A DNA stretch of 24,723 nt from Bacteriovoracaceae bacterium (GTDB lineage: Bacteria > Bdellovibrionota > Bacteriovoracia > Bacteriovoracales > Bacteriovoracaceae): positions 1-24,723 of the forward strand of contig JBFGZE010000045.1 in the NCBI GenBank assembly GCA_041586955.1. The letters are read 5' to 3'. Below the pieces are notes generated by a model that had not been told where the DNA came from, made no database searches, and was given only the letters and a program-made list of their open reading frames with translations. Below, one piece after another: positions 15,580 through 24,723 of this stretch (positions within the stretch are counted from its first letter, which is position 1; every line of letters starts with the position of its first letter). The position numbers were made by a program, and so were the translations under genes.

Positions 15580-16892
15580 CCCAAACTCTTCTTGTTAAAA
15601 ACGGAACGGTCTTAATTGACCAGGAATTTAAATCCTGCGATGTCCTCTTAGAAAATGGGGTCATCAAAACAATTGAAGAGCATATTGAAGAAGAGAGCTC
15701 TTGGAAAATAATCGATGCCCAGGGCTTACATATCCTTCCAGGTGCCATTGATAGCCAAGTTCACTTCCGGGAACCAGGGCCCACTCATAAAGAAGATTTG
15801 GCGACTGGCAGTCTTTCAGCGTTATTAGGGGGCATAACAGGCTTTTTAGAAATGCCCAATACCACACCTCCGACCACCACGATGGACTCTCTCAAAGTAA
15901 AAGGAGACTTAGCAAATGGCCGATGCTGGACTCATTATGGTTTTTTCATGGGTGCGGCCGGCGATAATACTGAGGAATTAAAGCATTGGGCGGAACTCCC
16001 TTTTTGTGTCGGTATTAAAATATTTCTCGGCAGCTCAACTGGCCCACTCCTCCTCAATGACCCTGAAAAATTATTGGATGTTCTCAATCTCCCCAATGTA
16101 ATAATCGCCGTTCACTCAGAGGATGAAAACCGCCTACGCGAGCGTATCGCGATACGTGATCAAGCGACTGATGCTCACCAGCACCCAGTATGGCGAGACG
16201 AAGAAACTGCCCTCAATTCCACCAAGATGATTATTGACTTGGCCAAAAAGGCCGGGCGCAAAGTTCACGTGCTACACATCACGAGCAAAGAAGAAATAGA
16301 ATTTTTAAAAGAACATAAAGATTATTGTACCGTGGAAATTACTCCTCAACATTTAACTCTTCATGCCCCTGATTGCTACGACCGGCTGGGAACTTATGCC
16401 CAAATGAACCCACCGATTCGCAGTCTTGATCACCAAGAAGGTCTATGGCGTGGGATTAAAGAAGGAGTCGCCGATATTATTGGTTCTGACCACGCCCCTC
16501 ATACCCGGGAAGAAAAAGATAAAGGCTACCCCCACTCACCATCGGGCATGCCGGGAGTTCAGACTCTCCTCCCCATCATGCTTAATCACGTGAATAACGG
16601 CAAATTAGACCTCATTCACCTCTCTAATCTTATCAGTCGCAATGTCGCTAAACTATATAACCTGAAAAAGAAAGGTCATATTGCGCCAGGGATGGATGGT
16701 GATCTCACAATTGTCGACATGAATAAAGAAGTCACACTTCAAAATGAAATGATGGCCAGTAAATGCGGCTGGACACCTTTCGCAGGTATGACAGTCAAAG
16801 GCTTTCCTGTAGGTACTGTGATTGATGGGCAATTATGTATGTGGCAAGGAGAAGTTCTGGGACAACCGATCGGTCGCCCCATTCGCGCCTAA
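15576..16892 (+). CDS. pyrC: Dihydroorotase (long amidohydrolase type)
   Basis: PGAIDSQVHFREPG, EMPNT, IKIFLGSSTG, HSED, HVLH, MNPPIR, GSDHAPH, PSGMPG. Confidence 0.9.
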   Translation: MTQTLLVKNGTVLIDQEFKSCDVLLENGVIKTIEEHIEEESSWKIIDAQGLHILPGAIDSQVHFREPGPTHKEDLATGSLSALLGGITGFLEMPNTTPPTTTMDSLKVKGDLANGRCWTHYGFFMGAAGDNTEELKHWAELPFCVGIKIFLGSSTGPLLLNDPEKLLDVLNLPNVIIAVHSEDENRLRERIAIRDQATDAHQHPVWRDEETALNSTKMIIDLAKKAGRKVHVLHITSKEEIEFLKEHKDYCTVEITPQHLTLHAPDCYDRLGTYAQMNPPIRSLDHQEGLWRGIKEGVADIIGSDHAPHTREEKDKGYPHSPSGMPGVQTLLPIMLNHVNNGKLDLIHLSNLISRNVAKLYNLKKKGHIAPGMDGDLTIVDMNKEVTLQNEMMASKCGWTPFAGMTVKGFPVGTVIDGQLCMWQGEVLGQPIGRPIRA

Positions 16893-16893
16893 A

Positions 16894-17334
16894 TTAGATT
16901 TCTAGAATTGCTGAATTTTTTTCATTTTCCCGGACTTCAATACGAGAGACCCAAGCGCGCTTATTGGTTTTTTCTTGGATCATGGCATTGACCTTTTCAT
17001 AGACAAATTCGGCCGTGCCTTCCATCCCAGCATTAGGAAGAACTCGTAATTGCACAACACCTTTTTTATCTAATTCGCGAAAGGTCTCCAAAAAGGGGTC
17101 ATCTTCACTGGCGAGAAAGGTATGGTCAAACATATCATCTAACCAAGTTTTGACATCCTTAAGGCCACCAAAATCGACAACCCAGCCCTCTTTGGTTAAC
17201 TCGGTGCACTCAAACTCAAAATAAAAGGAACGGCTATAACCATGGACAAATCGACAATGAGAGTCAGCTTTCCATTGTCGGTGAGTACACGGAAACCCGC
17301 GAAAATGCTTAGTTGATTTAAATTTAGACTTCAT
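16894..17334 (-). CDS. queD: 6-pyruvoyl-tetrahydropterin synthase / QueD-family protein (CxxxHGY variant)
   Basis: HRQW...HCRFVHGYS, GWVVDFG, FDHTFL, C-terminal EVRENEKNSA. Divergent from folE2. The exact PTPS subfamily is uncertain. Confidence 0.8.
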   Translation of the reverse strand: MKSKFKSTKHFRGFPCTHRQWKADSHCRFVHGYSRSFYFEFECTELTKEGWVVDFGGLKDVKTWLDDMFDHTFLASEDDPFLETFRELDKKGVVQLRVLPNAGMEGTAEFVYEKVNAMIQEKTNKRAWVSRIEVRENEKNSAILEI

Positions 17335-17500
17335 GGCCTGGGCCTACTCCTAACTGAACCTTTCTCATAAAAGGTATCACTTCAAGGGTATAGAAAAATT
17401 GTAAACATTGGTCAATAACCTGTCCATGCTTTGCATTTTTGCATCCTATACTGTAAGTTTCTCTCGAAGTAAGTTATTTTTTGACTGATTTTGGATAAAT

Positions 17501-18427
17501 ATGGACTTAATGGAATTTCGCAACGGCACTGATAAGATTCTAGACTGTGAAGTAAAAGATCACACTGGACTCAATGACTTTCAAAAATTACCTGATGATG
17601 CTGGTATCGCTATTCCAAAGGTTGGAATAGAGCGCTTTCGCCTCCCTCTTTTAGTCGCCCATCGCGACCTTGGGGATAAGCATCATGACGCTGTGGCCAG
17701 TATGTACGTCAACTTGGAGTCCTCCAAAACGGGCGTTAATATGAGTCGTTTTTGTACGATTGTGCAAGAGAGAACGATCGATGCCACATTAAATAATGAT
17801 CTCCTTAAGCAAATTCTCAATGATTTTCGCTATAAGTTACGCGATTACGATCACGAAGAACCCATCAAAAATAGTTTTATTGAGTTCACGCTCAGTTACC
17901 CCATGAAACAACAATCTTTAAAGAGTAGTAATTGGGGCTGGCAATATTATGACGTTCAAATCAAGGGTCAAAACCTCGATGGTAATGTTCGCCTATTTTT
18001 TGTTGTCAAATATGAATACTCTTCTACTTGTCCCTGTTCTCTTTCTATGGCCAAGCAATATGAAGAAGATTACCGCGCAGGAAAAACAACTGAGGGTAAT
18101 GGTATCGCCACGGCCCATAGCCAACGCTCAACGGCAACAGTAGAAGTTGAGTATGATAGTTCCAGTACTTTTTGGATCAATGATCTGATTCATTTACTAA
18201 GAATTGCGATCCCTACCGAAACTCAAAGCTTAGTCAAAAGAGCTGATGAGCAGGCCTTTGCCATTCTAAATGGCTCCAATCCTATGTTTGTTGAGCATGC
18301 CTCCCGCCGCCTCTCAAAAGTTCTCGATGCCGAGGCCCGAATTTTTGACTGGAAGGCCAAGGTGGAACATATCGAATCTTTGCATAGTCATAATGCGGTT
18401 GCGGAAATACGAAAAATTCACCAATAG
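17501..18427 (+). CDS. folE2: GTP cyclohydrolase IB (FolE2)
   Basis: GVNMSR, STCPCS, AHSQRS, VKRADEQ, N.MFVE, ESLHSHNA. Confidence 0.93.
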   Translation: MDLMEFRNGTDKILDCEVKDHTGLNDFQKLPDDAGIAIPKVGIERFRLPLLVAHRDLGDKHHDAVASMYVNLESSKTGVNMSRFCTIVQERTIDATLNNDLLKQILNDFRYKLRDYDHEEPIKNSFIEFTLSYPMKQQSLKSSNWGWQYYDVQIKGQNLDGNVRLFFVVKYEYSSTCPCSLSMAKQYEEDYRAGKTTEGNGIATAHSQRSTATVEVEYDSSSTFWINDLIHLLRIAIPTETQSLVKRADEQAFAILNGSNPMFVEHASRRLSKVLDAEARIFDWKAKVEHIESLHSHNAVAEIRKIHQ

Positions 18428-18459
18428 ACACTGGCCCCAATTCTTTTTATGATGAATAG

Positions 18460-19464
18460 ATGAAGATACTGACACTCCTTACAGCTTCACTTTTTATCTC
18501 AATCCTTTTTTACAAAGTATTTTTATTTAACCTCAACCTATCTGGAGCAACTAAAGCTGACACTCAGAAAGTCAAAATAAGTACTATGATTCCCCCAACT
18601 CCTGCCAAAAAAGTTCAGATTATAAAAGCAGTTCAAACAGCTAAGAAACCAGTACCTACCACTAATTCTCAAAAAAGTATTTTTCACAAACAAAAAGTTG
18701 AACCTAAAGAACCTATTGACCCCATAGCAAACGATAAACACTATGCCATTGAAGACCCCCAGGGAAACTTAGTTATCACATCTATTACGGTTTCGGGTGA
18801 CCAGATATTGGCGCATGGTGATATTATTGTCGATAATATTAAAAACCTAACGGCCATTCAAAACAATACCCGGCTAGTGATTCTCCCTAAACCTAAAATT
18901 TGGTCAAATGGGATTGTTCCTTACACCATTCAACGAAACCACCCCAATCAAGAGGCCATTATTAAGGCCATCGAAGAGTTTCATAAGCTTACTAATATTC
19001 GTTTTATTGAAAGGACTGATGAAAAGAACTATGTCATTTTTAAACGAGGCAATTACCATTGCTCGAGTCGATTGGGAATGGTCGGTGGTGCTCAATTAGT
19101 CAACCTCTCCCCTCCCTGTGGCACTGGTGAAGTCATACATGAATTAATGCATACGATTGGCTTTTTACATGAGCAAAACCGCACCGACCGCGACGAACAC
19201 ATTAATATTTTATGGGAAAATATAGCTGAGGAAAATCACCTACAATTTAAAAAAATCTCCAATCGCTTTAGAGATCAGGGCAGCTTACCTTTCGACTTTA
19301 AATCCATAATGCTTTACGATTCCACATTTTTCTCCAGGTTTCCCGGGGACTTTACCATTGTCAAAAAAAATGGCGATTCCTATCAGGCCAATCGAGTTAA
19401 ATTGAGCAGCTTAGATATACGTAAAATCAATGAGCTTTACCCTGCATCGAAAGATCCTCTATAA
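18460..19464 (+). CDS. Astacin-family (M12A) zinc metalloprotease with N-terminal anchor or signal and prodomain
   Basis: HELMHTIGFLHEQNRTDRD (HExxHxxGxxHExxRxDRD), Met-turn SIMLY, W..G.VPY, CSSRLG and PPCG cysteines, and HGDII prosegment motif. Confidence 0.93.
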   Translation: MKILTLLTASLFISILFYKVFLFNLNLSGATKADTQKVKISTMIPPTPAKKVQIIKAVQTAKKPVPTTNSQKSIFHKQKVEPKEPIDPIANDKHYAIEDPQGNLVITSITVSGDQILAHGDIIVDNIKNLTAIQNNTRLVILPKPKIWSNGIVPYTIQRNHPNQEAIIKAIEEFHKLTNIRFIERTDEKNYVIFKRGNYHCSSRLGMVGGAQLVNLSPPCGTGEVIHELMHTIGFLHEQNRTDRDEHINILWENIAEENHLQFKKISNRFRDQGSLPFDFKSIMLYDSTFFSRFPGDFTIVKKNGDSYQANRVKLSSLDIRKINELYPASKDPL

Positions 19465-19504
19465 TTCACTGGCCTGTTGCTAACGTTCACGGTACAAAAC
19501 CTCA

Positions 19505-20047
19505 ATGGAGACTATCGACCCCGAAATTAATTATTTTAATGTTAATTCCCAACTCAATTGGGACGAGTACTTTATGCTTCAGGCGATCCTCGCCAGCTTT
19601 AAAAGCAAAGACCCCAGCACTCGTGTTGGTTGCGTTTTTGTCGACCAAAATAATCACCAAATTACCATGGGATATAATGGTTTTGTCGCCGGTATTGACG
19701 AAAAACTTTTGCCCTGGGGCAAAGATTCACGCGTCGGTCTTGAGCATCAAAAGTATGGCTACGTTGTTCATAGTGAGGCCAATGCCATTTTGCATGCAAC
19801 GCGAGAATTATCTAGTAGCCGCTGTTATGTCACCCTTTTCCCCTGTAATGAATGCGCCAAACTTATTGCCAGTAAAAAAATCGATGAAGTGATTTTTCTC
19901 TCTGATAAGCATCAGCATCAAGAATCAACACGAATTGCGAAAAAAATATTTGACCTGGCCGGCATTAAGTACCGCCAATTGGAAATTTCTGAAGATCTCA
20001 TAGAAACTCTCAATGGCCATATTATGTCCCTTGTCACAGATTTATAG
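19505..20047 (+). CDS. dCMP deaminase (ComEB/DCTD family)
   Basis: WDEYFM, SKDPSTRVG, GYNG, HSEANAI, TLFPCNECAK. Confidence 0.92.
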   Translation: METIDPEINYFNVNSQLNWDEYFMLQAILASFKSKDPSTRVGCVFVDQNNHQITMGYNGFVAGIDEKLLPWGKDSRVGLEHQKYGYVVHSEANAILHATRELSSSRCYVTLFPCNECAKLIASKKIDEVIFLSDKHQHQESTRIAKKIFDLAGIKYRQLEISEDLIETLNGHIMSLVTDL

Positions 20048-20132
20048 CAATAAAAATTAGGAAATTCTCACCTTTCATTTAGACTCCGATGAACTTATAA
20101 TTGGCCAGTGATTAATGAAATGAGGAGTTATC

Positions 20133-22349
<2,217 letters not shown>

Positions 22350-22351
<2 letters not shown>

Positions 22352-22377
22352 TTAATGGGCCAATTGGCCCATTAATT
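22350..22377. repeat. Perfect 28-bp palindrome at the convergent purA/mtaB junction
   Basis: AATTAATGGGCCAATTGGCCCATTAATT is its own reverse complement. Confidence 0.95.
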
Positions 22378-23656
22378 GATTCTCTTTAAATTCTTCGAGA
22401 TACACATCGCGGATTTGGTTTTTAAGATCACTATCAGATTGCACATAGACGCGCACAAAGTTGGTCGTATATCCTTCCCAAAGGCCGGCCTTATTTTTTC
22501 TTTCAAAAAGAACGCTATTGGTTTTTCCCACCTGATCCTCTGAAAAAAGGGCCAATTTTGCCTCACCAAACATATTGAGAGTGCGGACGCGATCCTTTTT
22601 AACCGGGTGTTGAATATGATTATCCATCTTCGTCGCGATAGTCCCTTTTCTCTTAGAGTAAGGAAAGACGTGAAAATGAGTAATGGGCATTTCTTTTAAA
22701 AGATTAAAGGTATTATTAAATTGCTCTTCAGTTTCCCCAGGAAATCCCGCAATAACATCTGCGCCAACACCTGCTTGAGGGAAGCGAGATATAATCCTAT
22801 CCATCACTTCGCGGTAAAAATCCACATCGTATTTGCGCCGCATGGCCTTTAAAATATCGTTATCACCACTTTGTAAGGGAATATGAAAATGATCCATAAA
22901 CTTAGGCGAACTCGAAAAAACATCAAGGAGTTCATCAGAAAGAGTATTGGGTTCTACTGAGGAAAGGCGCAAACGCTCCAACCCATTAATATCTAAAAGT
23001 CGAGACACAAGGTCAGGAAGTCGCTCACCCGATACTTGTTCGTATTCACCTATATTAACACCGGTTAAAACCACCTCTTTAAAACCTTGGTCAATTAAGC
23101 GATGGGCATTATCGACGGCGTCCTGAATCGAGATCGCACGAGAACGGCCTCTGGCCTGAGGAATAATGCAAAAGGAGCAAATATAATTACAACCATCTTG
23201 GATCTTTAGGAAAGCGCGAGTATGGCCTTCGGCAGCAGTTGTTGCAGCACCGTAAAAATCACTAGTTTTATCAACTTTAACAACCTGGTCAGCGTCTTCT
23301 TGTAGATAATCAAAAACTTTATATTTTTCACTTGTCCCCAAAACAAGATCAACACCTTGCATTTGCTGAATCTTGTCTGACTCCATTTGAGCATAACAGC
23401 CAGCGACCACAATTTTACCCTCAGGACTCGATTGATGGGCCTTACGAATGAGACTACGACAACTGCTATCGGCACCATCTGTAACGGTACAAGTATTAAG
23501 AAAAACAACGTCTGCGGCCTCGCCAAAATCAACGACATCATAGCCACGATCGACAAATCCTTGGGCAATAGAACCCGTCTCTGAAAAATTCAATCGGCAG
23601 CCCAAAGTATGCATGGCCACACGTTTTTTCGAGGATTTGGAAGAATCAGTATTCAC
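22352..23656 (-). CDS. mtaB: tRNA t6A37 methylthiotransferase MtaB (radical SAM)
   Basis: UPF0004 cysteines (TLGCRLNFSET, NTCTVT, AGCYAQ), RAFLKIQDGCNYICSFC (CxxxCxxC), and a TRAM-like C-terminus. GTG start with GGAG SD. Confidence 0.9.
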   Translation of the reverse strand: MNTDSSKSSKKRVAMHTLGCRLNFSETGSIAQGFVDRGYDVVDFGEAADVVFLNTCTVTDGADSSCRSLIRKAHQSSPEGKIVVAGCYAQMESDKIQQMQGVDLVLGTSEKYKVFDYLQEDADQVVKVDKTSDFYGAATTAAEGHTRAFLKIQDGCNYICSFCIIPQARGRSRAISIQDAVDNAHRLIDQGFKEVVLTGVNIGEYEQVSGERLPDLVSRLLDINGLERLRLSSVEPNTLSDELLDVFSSSPKFMDHFHIPLQSGDNDILKAMRRKYDVDFYREVMDRIISRFPQAGVGADVIAGFPGETEEQFNNTFNLLKEMPITHFHVFPYSKRKGTIATKMDNHIQHPVKKDRVRTLNMFGEAKLALFSEDQVGKTNSVLFERKNKAGLWEGYTTNFVRVYVQSDSDLKNQIRDVYLEEFKENQLMGQLAH

Positions 23657-23767
23657 AATTAAGCTCCGCTAAATAATTGAAATTGAACATTAATCTCTAT
23701 GACCCTACTTGGCAATTGGCCCTGAGTTTTTTTCCTGAAATTTTTATAAAAAAATGTGAATACCCAA

Positions 23768-23796
23768 TTGACAAATCCTCATATTACCCTTAAATT
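23768..23796 (+). promoter_or_regulatory. Sigma70 promoter of the tRNA operon
   Basis: TTGACA (23768-73)-N17-TAAATT (23791-96), with an A/T-rich UP-like tract upstream. Confidence 0.8.
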
Positions 23797-23820
23797 CACT
23801 ACACGTTTGAAACGGTAAGC

Positions 23821-23897
23821 GGTCTCGTAGCTCAGTTGGTTAGAGCATCTCCCTTTTAAGGAGAGGGTCCTGTGTTCGAGTCACAGCGAGATCACCA
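23821..23897 (+). tRNA. tRNA-Lys(UUU)
   Basis: Cloverleaf GGTCTCG/CGAGATC, GCTC/GAGC, TCTCC-CTTTTAA-GGAGA, CTGTG-TTCGAGT-CACAG, A73, encoded CCA. Confidence 0.97.
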
Positions 23898-23929
23898 TTT
23901 ACCTTTCAATTCTATCTAGACTAGAAAAT

Positions 23930-24007
23930 GCTCCTATCGTCTAGCCCGGTCTAGGACACCGCCTTTTCACGGCGGTAACAGGGGTTCGAATCCCCTTGGG
24001 AGTACCA
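23930..24007 (+). tRNA. tRNA-Glu(UUC)
   Basis: GCTCCTA/TGGGAGT acceptor stem, CCGCC-TTTTCAC-GGCGG anticodon arm, AGGGG-TTCGAAT-CCCCT, encoded CCA. Confidence 0.97.
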
Positions 24008-24018
24008 GTTTATAAAAG

Positions 24019-24047
24019 AAAGCCTCGCTATGCGAGGCTTTTTTTTT
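24019..24047 (+). terminator. Intrinsic terminator of the tRNA operon, probably bidirectional
   Basis: AAAGCCTCGC-TAT-GCGAGGCTTT followed by a long T-run, with an A-rich run before the stem. Confidence 0.92.
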
Positions 24048-24117
24048 GACCTGGCCCGTCTGGCCCCTTGGTGAAAAATTAAATAAATAGAACATCAAAA
24101 GACGAACGCACTACAAT

Positions 24118-24723
24118 TTAATTTACATTCGTTGAAATTGGATAAAACCTTAATTGCAATAACTTAAGTCCATTATTATCATAATCCCAATAATATCCTT
24201 CAAGAGCATCATCAAATAGTGAATATCTCTCTACAACTCCATCTCCATCTAAATCGGTGTAGAGGTAAAGAAGTTCTTTTGAAACATTCTGAAATTTGGA
24301 ACCACCTTTGCTACGAACAGAAACCATCGCTTGATTACTACAATAATCTTCTCCCGTCTCGACATCTGTTGCACAAGTCGTCATCGTCGAGCTACCACCC
24401 GGCTTACCAAGGGCACGAGAGTACACAGAATAGGAAGTGATCCCATCACCATCAGCATCCGGATTAGGTAATTGAAATAATGCTCCACCTTTTGTGGCAT
24501 TAGCATCTAAAACTTGGAATGTATCTCCTTCGGTAAGATTAATTTTAGACTTTCCATCTAAATTAACAAATATCCTTCTTCCACTATTACCTGTCATATC
24601 AGCTGTTTTGCCTTTAGAGACACCGATAATGTTAAGCGTATAATGACCCCCAGAGGGAGCACCATTGCCTGAAAATGCAGAGAGGGAGAATGCCAAAGAA
24701 AAAAACATAAATACTTTTTTAGA
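24118..24723 (-). CDS. Secreted hypothetical protein with two DxDGDG motifs (5'-truncated)
   Basis: The frame stays open upstream of ATG 24708 to the window edge (SKKVFMFFSLAFSLSAFS|GNGAPSG), so the true start probably lies outside the window. It contains DADGDG, DLDGDG, one Cys pair, and a YYWDYDNNGLKLLQLRFY end. Confidence 0.85.
   Translation of the reverse strand, partial: SKKVFMFFSLAFSLSAFSGNGAPSGGHYTLNIIGVSKGKTADMTGNSGRRIFVNLDGKSKINLTEGDTFQVLDANATKGGALFQLPNPDADGDGITSYSVYSRALGKPGGSSTMTTCATDVETGEDYCSNQAMVSVRSKGGSKFQNVSKELLYLYTDLDGDGVVERYSLFDDALEGYYWDYDNNGLKLLQLRFYPISTNVN

Noticed and set aside
17335..17500. preQ1 riboswitch or Zur box in the queD/folE2 spacer
   Set aside because: A small hairpin (ACCTTT/AAAGGT) precedes the queD SD but lacks the preQ1-I P1-loop-A-tail order. 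No Zur-like palindrome is recognisable.
23930..24007. G1·U72 and U6·G67 wobbles in tRNA-Glu as a sign of pseudogenisation
   Set aside because: G1·U72 occurs in functional tRNA-Glu (for example cyanobacterial and plastid), and all arms and the CCA are intact.
24064..24071. CCCCTTGG match to the tRNA-Glu 3' region as an att remnant
   Set aside because: The match is only 8 bp, with no integrase; it is compatible with chance.

Overview
An AT-rich (roughly 40% GC by eye), gene-dense bacterial chromosome segment made mostly of core genes. Gene content and style suggest a predatory Bdellovibrionota (Bacteriovorax/Halobacteriovorax-like) genome; this is an inference, not a search result. Left to right: a large secreted Gly/Trp-rich low-complexity protein that the ORF track missed (minus strand, 1166 to the window edge, sigma28-like promoter); a membrane-anchored hypothetical; a DUF507-like protein; murJ; a K+-dependent, probably Na+-pumping membrane pyrophosphatase; an NrfJ-like OB-fold protein; a tesA-ybbA-ybbP operon; nth; dacB; a small secreted Cys-repeat protein; cysS; a membrane-anchored B-box protein coupled to pyrC; divergent queD-like and folE2 genes; an astacin (M12A) protease; dCMP deaminase; a short serA-like dehydrogenase with purA; mtaB, divergent from a tRNA-Lys(UUU)/tRNA-Glu(UUC) operon; and a 5'-truncated secreted DxDGDG protein. 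No mobile element, CRISPR array or complete novel multi-gene system is visible. The most interesting items are the prion-octarepeat-like secreted protein, a roughly 4-fold excess of GGCC across the window, the 27-aa Cys-repeat miniprotein, a perfect 28-bp palindrome inside the purA/mtaB junction, and a G2·U71 tRNA-Lys next to mtaB.
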